A stretch of DNA of 64,000 nucleotides from an uncultured Brevinematales bacterium. GTDB lineage: Bacteria > Spirochaetota > Brevinematia > Brevinematales > JAOACQ01. The DNA is taken from assembly GCA_964533855.1 (NCBI GenBank), contig CAZHNM010000007.1:22552-86551 (forward strand). The letters run 5' to 3'. Each line of letters starts with the position of its first letter. Position 1 is the first letter of the stretch. The position numbers and the translations under genes are program-made. Of the stretch, positions 1-8,811 are shown one piece after another. The notes below the pieces were generated by a model. That model was not told the DNA's origin. It ran no database searches and worked only from the letters and a program-made list of their open reading frames with translations.

Positions 1-524
1 GGCCCAAGATCGAATATAACCTTAAGGACGCCATAGGCCGGACGCACCAGTGCGGGACAATACAGCTTGATATGAATAATCCCGAGATGTTCGATATAAA
101 TTTCATCGCCGAAGACGGCAGGGAACACCGGGCCATTATGCTTCACAGGGCGATCCTTGGAAGCCTTGAACGGTTTATAGGAATATTGATCGAGCATTAC
201 GGGGGCAAATTTCCGCTGTGGCTTTCGCCGGTCCAGGCCGCGATTCTGCCCGTATCCGATAAGTTCAATGAGTATGCTTCATCCGTCGAGGCCATTCTTA
301 GAAGCGGCAAGGTAAGGATGGAATCGGACCTTTCATCCGAAAAGCTCGGATATAAAATAAGAAAGGCGCAGATGGGCCAGGTGCCTTATATGCTGATTGT
401 CGGCGAAAAAGAAGTTGAAACGAAGACGGTTTCGGTCAGGCACAGGGAGAGGGGAGACCTCGGATCTTCGAAGCCTGAAGAAATTTTAAAAATTATTCTT
501 GAAGAAAATGCAAATAGAATGTAA
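1..524 (+). CDS. thrS: threonyl-tRNA synthetase, C-terminal fragment (gene starts upstream of window)
   Basis: Frame is open to the window edge. Translation (..HRAILGSLERFIGILIEHYGGKFPLWLSPVQAAILPV..YMLIVGEKEVE..) matches the end of the ThrRS catalytic core plus the anticodon-binding domain. Lies upstream of infC-rpmI-rplT as in the canonical operon. Confidence 0.9.
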   Translation, partial: PKIEYNLKDAIGRTHQCGTIQLDMNNPEMFDINFIAEDGREHRAIMLHRAILGSLERFIGILIEHYGGKFPLWLSPVQAAILPVSDKFNEYASSVEAILRSGKVRMESDLSSEKLGYKIRKAQMGQVPYMLIVGEKEVETKTVSVRHRERGDLGSSKPEEILKIILEENANRM

Positions 525-550
525 AATGAGGTGTTGTATACAGGAGGCAG

Positions 551-1081
551 ATTATCGCTACATCAAAAGACGACAACCTTAGGATAAACGATCAGATTAA
601 AGCCAAGGAGGTCAGGGTTATCGATGAAAACGGAGCGCAGCTTGGCGTTTTAGCTATCGATATCGCCTTGCAGAAGGCCAAAGAGCTTGAAGTCGATCTT
701 GTCGAGGTTTCACCCGACGCCGAACCGCCGGTCTGCAGATTGATTAATTACGGCAAATATCTCTACCAGAAAGAGAAAAAGGCTAAGGAATCAAGAAAAA
801 AGCAGAAGGTCATCGAAATAAAAGAGATGAAATTCAGGCCTAAAATAGATCATCATGATTTTGAATATAGAATCAAGCAGATAAGGGAGTTTCTGGACAA
901 GGGCGACAAGGTAAAAATTACGATCAGGTTCAGGGGAAGGGAGCTTATTCATTCCCAGCTTGGTTTCGACCTTGCGGCAAAAATAGTGGAAGCCCTTTTA
1001 GACCTCGGAACACCTGAAAAATCTCCCAAGATGGAGGGGAGAAATATAGTGGTAATTATTTCGCCTTTACATAAAAAATAA
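551..1081 (+). CDS. infC: translation initiation factor IF-3, non-canonical ATT (or ATC 554) start
   Basis: Frame is open from 530 with no ATG/GTG/TTG before 668. Codons 551-667 nevertheless encode a clear IF3 N-domain (IIATSKDDNLRINDQIKAKEVRVIDENGAQLGVL). GGAGG lies at 543-547. The track start at 668 would delete the N-domain. Confidence 0.85.
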   Translation: MIATSKDDNLRINDQIKAKEVRVIDENGAQLGVLAIDIALQKAKELEVDLVEVSPDAEPPVCRLINYGKYLYQKEKKAKESRKKQKVIEIKEMKFRPKIDHHDFEYRIKQIREFLDKGDKVKITIRFRGRELIHSQLGFDLAAKIVEALLDLGTPEKSPKMEGRNIVVIISPLHKK

Positions 1082-1113
1082 AATAAACCAGGCCTATGAC
1101 AGATGGAGGATAT

Positions 1114-1311
1114 ATGCCTAAGATCAAGACTAATAAATCGGCTGCAAAAAGGTTTCATAAAAGCGGTACCGGAAAGATAATGAGAAACAAGGCTTTTAAA
1201 AAGCACCTGCTGACACATAAGAGCAGGAAAACCAAAAGAAATCTCGGTAAGAAAGCGGAGCTTTTTTCGGGTGACGTTGTAAGAATTAAAAAACTCATTC
1301 CCTACGCATAG
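1114..1311 (+). CDS. rpmI: 50S ribosomal protein L35
   Basis: [36 protein letters not shown] is typical L35. GGAGGA precedes ATG 1114; the track start at 1096 adds 6 unlikely residues. Confidence 0.9.
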   Translation: MPKIKTNKSAAKRFHKSGTGKIMRNKAFKKHLLTHKSRKTKRNLGKKAELFSGDVVRIKKLIPYA

Positions 1312-1329
1312 GAAAAACGGAGGAAAATA

Positions 1330-1695
1330 ATGCGGTCAAGATATACCGTTGCTAGCAGAAACAGGAAGAAAAAGGTACTGGACAGGGCCAAAGGCTTTCA
1401 TGGCGCAAGGTCGCTGAGGATTAAATCCGCAAAAGAAGCGGTGATGCATGCCCTCAGATACCAGTATCGTGACAGAAGAAACAGAAAGAGGGATTACAGG
1501 GCGTTATGGATTACAAGAATAAATGCCCTTGTCAGGGAAAATGGGCTGACTTACAGCAGATTCATCGAAGGATTGACCAAGGCGAATATTGTCGTCAACA
1601 GGAAGATGCTTTCAAATTTAGCTGTTGAAGATCCTGCAGCATTCGAAAAATTTGTCGCTATCGCCAGAGAGAATGCCGGCAAAGTATCCAGGTAA
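1330..1695 (+). CDS. rplT: 50S ribosomal protein L20
   Basis: 121 aa, basic. The YRDRRNRKRDYRALWITRINA motif is typical of L20, and the operon context fits. Confidence 0.95.
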   Translation: MRSRYTVASRNRKKKVLDRAKGFHGARSLRIKSAKEAVMHALRYQYRDRRNRKRDYRALWITRINALVRENGLTYSRFIEGLTKANIVVNRKMLSNLAVEDPAAFEKFVAIARENAGKVSR

Positions 1696-1737
1696 TCTGT
1701 AAGGATTAACTCGTTTGAACGGCCCGGTAATTTGTTC

Positions 1738-1766
1738 TTGATATTGATCATATCTGCCGATATAAT
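1738..1766 (+). promoter_or_regulatory. sigma-70-type promoter candidate for the ECF sigma operon
   Basis: TTGATA (1738-1743), 17-nt spacer, TATAAT (1761-1766), about 27 nt upstream of ATG 1793. Confidence 0.5.
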
Positions 1767-1792
1767 CTTGAGTCAGTTATCTAACGGAGATT

Positions 1793-2371
1793 ATGATGTC
1801 CTATAGCGAGTTAAACGAGAATGAGATCATAGGCCGGATGAAGGACCTTATGCAGTCAGCCGGCCTTCATGATGATGTTGTCAGGCAGTATTTCCAGGAA
1901 ATATACGAACGCTTCTATTCTCAATGCTACAATATTGCCCGTTATTACGGGCTGAAGCGCAGCGACGCCGAGGACGCCGTCCAGGAATCCTTTATTAAAT
2001 TCTTCACCAACTTCAATTCGTTCCACATCGACAGGCCGTTCAAGCCATGGATTTTTAAAATTGTTTTAAACTGCGTCAGAGACCGGTACAGGGACCTTAT
2101 CAAGCATGCTTATTCTGATATTGAATCAGCCGGACAGATCAAAAACGACAATCAGGAAATATTATTGGATGAATTTCACATGCGTGATGTATTTCATAGT
2201 ATTATTATTAGGCTACCTGAGAAGCTGAGAACAGCAGTCATTATTAGAAACTATGGAGGGCTGGATATGCAGGCTACTGCAGACATGCTAAGGATCAGCT
2301 TAAGACAGGCGCATAACCGGCTTGAGGCGGCCTACGCTCTTATTAAAGAGGGATTGAACAATGAAATATGA
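1793..2371 (+). CDS. ECF-family RNA polymerase sigma factor
   Basis: 192 aa. Sigma-70 region 2-like (DAEDAVQESFIKFF..PWIFKIVLNCVRD) and region 4 HTH-like (MQATADMLRISLRQAHNRLEAA). Overlaps the next gene by 11 nt. Confidence 0.85.
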   Translation: MMSYSELNENEIIGRMKDLMQSAGLHDDVVRQYFQEIYERFYSQCYNIARYYGLKRSDAEDAVQESFIKFFTNFNSFHIDRPFKPWIFKIVLNCVRDRYRDLIKHAYSDIESAGQIKNDNQEILLDEFHMRDVFHSIIIRLPEKLRTAVIIRNYGGLDMQATADMLRISLRQAHNRLEAAYALIKEGLNNEI

Positions 2372-4757
2372 AGAATTGGAAAACATCTTCAAATCAAGGG
2401 CTTTCGATGACAGCCGCCCCGATTTTAATTCACTCTGGGCAAGGCTGGAAAAAGATAAAGGATTTAAGGAGGTTAGTATGCCTGAGAAGAAAGGGGGCGC
2501 TAGAATACTGGTATGGGCGATAAGTTTCGTCGTGGTTGCGGCGATCGTGTGGATAGGCCTTACCAGAATAACCACAATTAAAAATAATGAAAAAATAGAA
2601 AAAGGAGAATCCATCGTCGTAAGTCTTGTCGTCGGCGATGTTCAGGTCAAAAAAATGGGAGCCTCCGGATGGAGGGTGATCAACGTTGCGGATACTCTTC
2701 AAATGGGCGATTCCATCAAGACGGGCAGCGATTCATACTGCGAACTTCAAATGGTCAATAGAGGGCTGTTCAGAATAGAAGGTTCCTCCCAGCTTTACCT
2801 TGCCAATCTTGTAAGCAAGGACGATAAAGTTGATTCGAGAATGAGACTTGATAAGGGAACGGTGGCCTTAAAACCGAAGAAGCTTAAACAGGGCGAAAAT
2901 TTCGAGGTTGAAACCTCGACAGCTGTGGCGGCCGTAAGAGGCACCAAATTCAGCGTTAATGTTTCAGAGAACGGCGATACGAAAGTTGCTGTAAACGAAG
3001 GCCAGGTTTCCGTCAAGCCTGTTATCAAATCGATCGACGAAGCCCAGCAAAAGGGGCTCTGCGATGAAAAGGCATGCGATATTCTCGAGCAGCAGATAGT
3101 AAAACCTGTCGAGGTAAACCCGGGTGAAGAGATAAGCATGCAGACTTCTAAAGTCCAGGCCATGGACAGCTCCATAGGCAAGGTCATAGAACAGGTCGCG
3201 GAAAAGCAGGAAGGGAAAAAAATTACAGAAGATTCTCTTGAAAGCATAACAAATGTCAGGGAAAAGACCGGAAAGGGCAACAGGACGGTTGAAGTAAAGG
3301 TGCCTGAAGCCGAGCTGATGGCCATGACCGTAGCCCAGGATATGAACCCCAAGAATATGCCTGTTGTGAGTAAGCCGGGAGCGACCAATGAACTGAATAT
3401 CAGCTCTTCAACGGTCGAGAAGCAGGAGATTTCCGAAGGTTCCAAGAAAGAAATGGACAATTTAAGTGAAAGCAATATTATAAGTAAAGTTGTCGATATG
3501 AGCATGGTTCGCTTCGAATCTGCACCGGCAGGAGCCGATGTTTATGTCGACGATATCAAGCTCGGCGTTACACCTATGAATACGCTCCTCGAAAAGGGGA
3601 AAACCGTTAACGTCCGCATTGACAGGGACGGTTATATCGAAGATTCGAAAAGTGTTTCCATCGGAGGGAATTTAACGGTGAATTCAATCCTGAAACAGGT
3701 TCAGCCCGGACAGACCAATGAGGTTACTAACGGACAGACCACCAATATTTCAGGCGAACCTAAAAAACTTCCCGGTGAACTTTCATGGCAGAAGCCTCTT
3801 CCCCTCAGGCTCGAATCCGCTTACAAAGAACCGGCCGACCCTGTATTATACGGCGGCAGGATATTTGTAACCAGGAACAACAGGCTTTATATCATTTCCG
3901 TGGAAGGAAAACTGCTCAGATCGATTCCTGTCGCTGAAGAAGGCGTGAAACTTACAAAGCCTGCAGTAAACGAAGGCGTAGTTTATGTCGGTTCGGATAA
4001 CGGCGGCATTTATGCTTATTCGTCTTACGGCGAGCTCTTATGGAAAAAAGATGCAGGAAGCGAGAAATACGGCGCGAGCCCGTCGGCATCCGGCGGTGTT
4101 ATTGCCGTTCCTTCGATCGATAAAGGAGTAATGGTATTCGACAAAACGGGAGAAGTTGTAGCCCAGGTCGATTCTGACTCGGTTTATTCGGCACCCCTTA
4201 TCTTAGATAAAGGCAATACGATAGTATTCGCGACAGAGAGCGGGAATATTGTTTCTTATGATATCGGGAAAAAGGCGCAAAACTGGAGCAAGGGCTATAA
4301 CGAAAGGTTCCTGTATCCCCTCGTCGGAACCGATGAAATCATAGCGGTTTCGAGGGCAGACGGAAAAGTAATAGCCGTAAAGCCTGCCGACGGATCATTA
4401 TTATGGACCCAGACTTTCGATGAGATACAAAAAACCAGGATAAACCCGGGCTTCACAGACGGCAAACTGATACTTGCCAACAACGACACAAAATCTACTG
4501 TCATTGTCGTCGACGGCGCTTCGGGCCAGGTTATTTCAAAAACCTTGTTCAAGAGCGAGACAATAGCTCCGCCGTTTATCCTTGACAGGGCGGTTTATAT
4601 AGGAACGGAATCAGGAAAGGTCTATTCCTATAATGTCGGCAAGAAGAAATACGACTGGACGTTCAATTCTACCGGCAATCCTATTTCGATGGTAGTTGCT
4701 GATAAGGATAGCATTTATGCTCTGTCGAAAGACGGTATGCTCAAGATTGCAAGATAA
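2361..4757 (+). CDS. membrane protein with FecR-like, PEGA and PQQ/BamB-like beta-propeller domains (putative anti-sigma/sensor partner of the ECF sigma)
   Basis: 798 aa with one TM helix (ILVWAISFVVVAAIVWIGL). FecR-like block (GDSIKTGSDSYCELQ..AVAAVRGTKFSV), E/K-rich linker, PEGA motif (VRFESAPAGADVYVDDIKLGVTPMN), then repeated propeller blades (..VYVGSDNGGIYAY..). Translationally coupled to the sigma gene. An alternative in-frame start at 2478 has a strong SD. Confidence 0.8.
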   Translation: MKYEELENIFKSRAFDDSRPDFNSLWARLEKDKGFKEVSMPEKKGGARILVWAISFVVVAAIVWIGLTRITTIKNNEKIEKGESIVVSLVVGDVQVKKMGASGWRVINVADTLQMGDSIKTGSDSYCELQMVNRGLFRIEGSSQLYLANLVSKDDKVDSRMRLDKGTVALKPKKLKQGENFEVETSTAVAAVRGTKFSVNVSENGDTKVAVNEGQVSVKPVIKSIDEAQQKGLCDEKACDILEQQIVKPVEVNPGEEISMQTSKVQAMDSSIGKVIEQVAEKQEGKKITEDSLESITNVREKTGKGNRTVEVKVPEAELMAMTVAQDMNPKNMPVVSKPGATNELNISSSTVEKQEISEGSKKEMDNLSESNIISKVVDMSMVRFESAPAGADVYVDDIKLGVTPMNTLLEKGKTVNVRIDRDGYIEDSKSVSIGGNLTVNSILKQVQPGQTNEVTNGQTTNISGEPKKLPGELSWQKPLPLRLESAYKEPADPVLYGGRIFVTRNNRLYIISVEGKLLRSIPVAEEGVKLTKPAVNEGVVYVGSDNGGIYAYSSYGELLWKKDAGSEKYGASPSASGGVIAVPSIDKGVMVFDKTGEVVAQVDSDSVYSAPLILDKGNTIVFATESGNIVSYDIGKKAQNWSKGYNERFLYPLVGTDEIIAVSRADGKVIAVKPADGSLLWTQTFDEIQKTRINPGFTDGKLILANNDTKSTVIVVDGASGQVISKTLFKSETIAPPFILDRAVYIGTESGKVYSYNVGKKKYDWTFNSTGNPISMVVADKDSIYALSKDGMLKIAR

Positions 4758-4781
4758 AATCCAAAGGCAGATAATACGAAA

Positions 4782-4810
4782 GGGACCGCTTAAAAACCGG
4801 TCCCTTTTTT
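4782..4810 (+). terminator. Rho-independent terminator
   Basis: GGGACCG (4782-4788), 9-nt loop, CGGTCCC (4798-4804), followed by TTTTTT (4805-4810), 25 nt after the stop codon. Confidence 0.7.
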
Positions 4811-4836
4811 AATATTATCAAACCAAGGAGGTTATT

Positions 4837-5937
4837 ATGCCTGCAGATAAGGGGGGCGGTAAATTATTGTTATGGGTTGTCAGTTTCGTGGCTGTATACG
4901 TGAATTCCATCCTGTATACCAATGTTTCAGCTGAAGTTAAAAAATTTCATGGCGGACTTATTTGGAAGAAACCTTTGCAGCTGCAATTTGAATCGGCATA
5001 CAAGGAACCTGCCGATCCTGTGATATACTTCGGAAGGATATTTGTTACCAAAAACAACAGCCTCTATATCATTTCAACAGGAGGCGAACTCCGGAGTTCA
5101 ATACCTGTCGTCGACGAGCATATAAGGCTCACGAAGACTTCAGTAAGCGACGGAGTTGTTTATGCCGGTTCCGATAAGGGCGGCATATATGCATATTCGA
5201 CAAACGGCGAGCTCTTATGGGAAAAAGATGCCGGAAGCGAGAAATACGGCGCCAGCCCGACAGCCGCGAACGGCATAGTTGCCGTTCCATCGATCGATAA
5301 AGGCCTGACGATTTTCGATAAGACCGGCGAACTTTTAGCCCATGTCGATTCAGACTCGGTTTATTCGGCGCCGCTGATCCTCGATAAAGGCAATACCCTT
5401 GTATTTGCGACAGAGAGCGGGAATATTGTTTCTTATGATATCGGGAAAAAGGCCAGGAACTGGAGCAAGGGTTATAACAAAAGGTTCCTGTATCCCCTCG
5501 TCGGGACCGATGAAATCATAGCGGTTTCGAGGGCAGACGGAAATGTCATAGCCGTAAACCCCGCGGACGGATCTTTGTTATGGTCTCAGACTTTCGATGA
5601 GATAAAAAGAACAAGGATTAACCCCGGCTTCACGGAAGGGAAACTTATCCTTGCCGGCAGCAGCGAAACAAATTCTACAGTTATTATCGTCGACGGCGCT
5701 TCGGGCCAGGTCATTTCAAAAATTTTGGTCCAGTGCGGGACAATAGCTTCGCCGTTTATTTTTGACAGGGCGGTTTACATAGGGACGGAATCCGGGAAAG
5801 TCTATTGCTATAACTTCGTAAAGAATAAATACGACTGGACGTATTATTCCCAGGGCAGTCCCATATCGATGGTTGTCGCGGACCGTGGTGGAGTCTATGC
5901 CCTGTCGGAGGATGGATTGCTCAAGATCGCGAGATGA
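4837..5937 (+). CDS. membrane-anchored PQQ/BamB-like beta-propeller protein, tandem paralog of the C-terminus of 2361..4757
   Basis: 366 aa. The N-terminal anchor (KGGGKLLLWVVSFVAV) and the whole propeller align with the upstream protein, including a 47-nt identical DNA run (4230-4276 vs 5407-5453). Strong SD AAGGAGG. Confidence 0.8.
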   Translation: MPADKGGGKLLLWVVSFVAVYVNSILYTNVSAEVKKFHGGLIWKKPLQLQFESAYKEPADPVIYFGRIFVTKNNSLYIISTGGELRSSIPVVDEHIRLTKTSVSDGVVYAGSDKGGIYAYSTNGELLWEKDAGSEKYGASPTAANGIVAVPSIDKGLTIFDKTGELLAHVDSDSVYSAPLILDKGNTLVFATESGNIVSYDIGKKARNWSKGYNKRFLYPLVGTDEIIAVSRADGNVIAVNPADGSLLWSQTFDEIKRTRINPGFTEGKLILAGSSETNSTVIIVDGASGQVISKILVQCGTIASPFIFDRAVYIGTESGKVYCYNFVKNKYDWTYYSQGSPISMVVADRGGVYALSEDGLLKIAR

Positions 5938-6170
5938 AGAATTTACAGGTGAAGGACGCAAAAAGGGGGGGGGAATCCGCAGAATAACGCAGATGCCTTG
6001 GAAAAATTGCATCTCCGCTCCTCCCCTGATTTTCAATCAGGGTTCCGTGTAAAAAATCCCCTGTAAGCCTCGAAATAATTCCAGGAATCGTGCTAATAGA
6101 TCAATGCTTTTCATATAAAAATCTATCTGCGTAATCTGCGCCATCTGCGGTTCCCGTTCCCCTTTTGCGT

Positions 6171-6938
6171 TCATTTATTCCCGATTATTTCAAAAATCCT
6201 GGCTCTGAAAAACCTGAAATTCATCAGGAGCTTGAGAACTATGCCGGGAACAGGCAATATGTTTTTATTCGCCTTTCTCAGGGTTCCGCCCTTGATTTTC
6301 CCGAGTGTAGCCAGTTCTTTTCCGGCCTGATAATATGCTTCATATACATTGTATATTTTTGGAAAGGCCCTTTCTTTCCCGGAGTCTTTTCCGGATCCTG
6401 CCAATTTACAAGTCTTCCTGACCAGTGTTCCAACCTGTTTTGCGTCCATAAATTTCGAGTAAGTTTTAAAATAGGATTTTATGTTTTTAGGGGTCTCGTT
6501 CTCCATATTATCGCAGCAGGCAAGAAGGACGAAAGGTTTTGAGCAGATTGACGGTTCGATATGGTGAAAAATAAGGCCGCTTTTTGATAATTTGATATCG
6601 TTAGAATCCCCGGTTGCGTGCAGCCGGTCCAGTAAGGTTTTCATTAACCCTGTCATTCCGAATACATAAACAGGAGAGGCGAAGACAATGATATCGGCCT
6701 GCGCCATATTATTGAAAATTTCCCTGACATCGTCCTTGCTGTCGTAAATGCACCGGAATTTGTGACTTCCCATCTGGCATGCCTCGCAGCTTTTGCATGG
6801 GGTTATTTTCATGCCTGCAAGCGTTACGACCCTGCAGTCAGCGCCGGCATCTGATGCACCCTTGAACAATTTACCGATAAGAAAAGAGGTAAAGCCCTTA
6901 TCTCCCCTATGGCTTGAATTGATGGCAAGAAGTTTCAT
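6171..6938 (-). CDS. flavodoxin-fold FMN reductase / iron-sulfur flavoprotein (Isf)-like
   Basis: 255 aa. N-terminal MKLLAINSSHRGDKG flavodoxin-like fold start; compact Cys cluster C-x2-C-x2-C-x8-C (PCKSCEACQMGSHKFRC) resembling the Isf 4Fe-4S motif. Confidence 0.7.
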   Translation of the reverse strand: MKLLAINSSHRGDKGFTSFLIGKLFKGASDAGADCRVVTLAGMKITPCKSCEACQMGSHKFRCIYDSKDDVREIFNNMAQADIIVFASPVYVFGMTGLMKTLLDRLHATGDSNDIKLSKSGLIFHHIEPSICSKPFVLLACCDNMENETPKNIKSYFKTYSKFMDAKQVGTLVRKTCKLAGSGKDSGKERAFPKIYNVYEAYYQAGKELATLGKIKGGTLRKANKNILPVPGIVLKLLMNFRFFRARIFEIIGNK

Positions 6939-6956
6939 ATACTAATAACCCCCTCT

Positions 6957-8051
6957 TTATACCTCTTTCTGTCCCATGCGCTTGAGCCACCTGTAATGGG
7001 ATGCGACCGCAGAGTGTATCGATGTATGCTCCCTGTACGGCACTCCGAATTTCTTGCATGTCTGCTGTACGAGGGGTGAAATGACAGGGTAATTGACATG
7101 GTTTACAACGGGAAGCAAATGATGCTCCTTATGAAAATTCAGGCCTCCGAGAAGCCATGTGAAATAGGGGTTATTCCTGTCGAAATCGAGAGAAACAATT
7201 GCCTGGTGGACCGACCATGGCCTGTCCATGCGCCCGGTTGCGGGATTGGGCATGGGGTATTCGGATTCCTCGACGCAGTGGGGAAGCTGGAAGATAAAGC
7301 TCATCAGGAGACCGAGGACCATTGCGGCGATAAAATAACAGCCTAAAACAGGCAGGACCCGGTGATGAAGCAGGGGGATTCCCAACGCTAATACTAAAAA
7401 AGCGATCTTTCCAAGGAAGAATATCGGGATTTCCCAGCCCGAGGGTCTTGGTACGGTATGGGCGCCTACCTTGCGGGTAATAAAGGAATAGTAATCATCG
7501 ACAAAATGCCATTTTGGGACCATGAGGCTGTAAAGAACCCAGATATAAATATGCTGATACTTAAAATAGAACCTGTATTTTGCATGGGGCTGGAAACGTC
7601 CCAGAAAACCCAGATCGGCGTCGGGGTCGTATCCGTAAATATTGACATAGCGGTGATGAAAGACGACATGTTTCCATTTCCAGTAGTATGAACTGCCCCC
7701 GATGATGTCAAGGGTCATCGCCATCATTTTATTTATCCACTGGTATTTCGAATATGCGTTATGGCCGCCGTCATGCTGTATATTAAAGCCTATTCCCGCT
7801 ATAGTCAGGCCTAAAAAAACCGAAAGGGTGACTGCCTGCCACCAGGTACTTGCGTAAAAAACAAGCAGGATATATGTCAGCGCGAAAAGCGATAGTATTA
7901 CGACCGTTTTGAAATACATGACAGGGCTGTCCCTGAGAGAGCGTCCTGTCTGAGAGAAAAATTCGTCGACACGCCTTTGAAGCTCGATCTTGAATTCATT
8001 GTTTCCGTCAAATTGAAGTTTTAAAAGCGGATCATTGTATTTTTCAGCCAT
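6957..8051 (-). CDS. membrane fatty-acid desaturase family protein
   Basis: His boxes HDGGH, HVVFHH and HKEHH with several TM segments. A GGGAGGG SD lies between the track ATG (8066) and the second ATG (8051), so 8051 is preferred. Confidence 0.8.
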   Translation of the reverse strand: MAEKYNDPLLKLQFDGNNEFKIELQRRVDEFFSQTGRSLRDSPVMYFKTVVILSLFALTYILLVFYASTWWQAVTLSVFLGLTIAGIGFNIQHDGGHNAYSKYQWINKMMAMTLDIIGGSSYYWKWKHVVFHHRYVNIYGYDPDADLGFLGRFQPHAKYRFYFKYQHIYIWVLYSLMVPKWHFVDDYYSFITRKVGAHTVPRPSGWEIPIFFLGKIAFLVLALGIPLLHHRVLPVLGCYFIAAMVLGLLMSFIFQLPHCVEESEYPMPNPATGRMDRPWSVHQAIVSLDFDRNNPYFTWLLGGLNFHKEHHLLPVVNHVNYPVISPLVQQTCKKFGVPYREHTSIHSAVASHYRWLKRMGQKEV

Positions 8052-8209
8052 ATTTTGCCCTCCCATATGTTAGTCCGTAAAATGGATGGAAAAAGTTTAT
8101 AAATAATATATTAATATATAAGCTCAAAAGTCAATTTATTTAAAATATTTGACGGAAGGTTTAAATAATATTATTATTGTTAGTGAATGCTAACTAACAT
8201 AGGAAATTT

Positions 8210-8797
8210 ATGAAATTTACAGCCAGGCAGGAAGAGATCATCCTGAAATCCATGGAAATAATAGCCCGTGAAGGAATTTCAGCCCTGACCATCAAAAATA
8301 TATCGGGAAAAGTCGGCGTGTCAGAAGCCGCCCTTTACCGGCATTTTAAAAATAAGGACGAAATTCTCCTATCTATCCTCGATCTTTTTGAAAAAAGGTC
8401 TATCGATGTTTTTGACGGGGAATTCAGGGCAGGGACTTCGGATTTTGAAAATATTTACAATATCCTTTTAAAAAGGACCAGGGATTTCATGACTAATCCC
8501 GCTTTTGTAACGATAATTTTATCGGAAGATATCTTTCCCCAGGATTCGGGCCTGTCCAAAAAGGTTCATGAAATTATGAAGATAAACCACGACAGGATCT
8601 GCCTGCTTGTAGAGCAGGGGCAGAAGAAAGGGGAAATAAGGAAGGATATACTATCAGAACAGTTCTTCAACTTGATTATAGGTTCATTCAGGTTCCTGGC
8701 CGCACAGTGGAGGATTTCGGATTTCGGATTCGACCTGGAGGAAAAATTCAAAGAGACATGGGAATCCCTTAAGATTATTTCCCTGAACAGAAAATAA
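8210..8797 (+). CDS. TetR/AcrR family transcriptional regulator
   Basis: 195 aa. N-terminal HTH (ISALTIKNISGKVGVSEAALYRHFKNKDEIL). Divergent from the desaturase gene. Confidence 0.85.
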   Translation: MKFTARQEEIILKSMEIIAREGISALTIKNISGKVGVSEAALYRHFKNKDEILLSILDLFEKRSIDVFDGEFRAGTSDFENIYNILLKRTRDFMTNPAFVTIILSEDIFPQDSGLSKKVHEIMKINHDRICLLVEQGQKKGEIRKDILSEQFFNLIIGSFRFLAAQWRISDFGFDLEEKFKETWESLKIISLNRK

Positions 8798-8811
8798 AAC
8801 CGGAGGAATAT

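Noticed and set aside
5998-6012. TTGGAAAAATTGCAT as a sigma-54 promoter
   Set aside because: The GG to GC distance is 9 instead of 12 nt.
6165-6542. 125-aa plus-strand ORF, and the 5716..6036(-) ORF in the convergent gap
   Set aside because: The first is antisense to the Isf-like flavoprotein gene. The second runs antisense into the propeller gene and starts inside the repeat region. Neither has coding-like composition.
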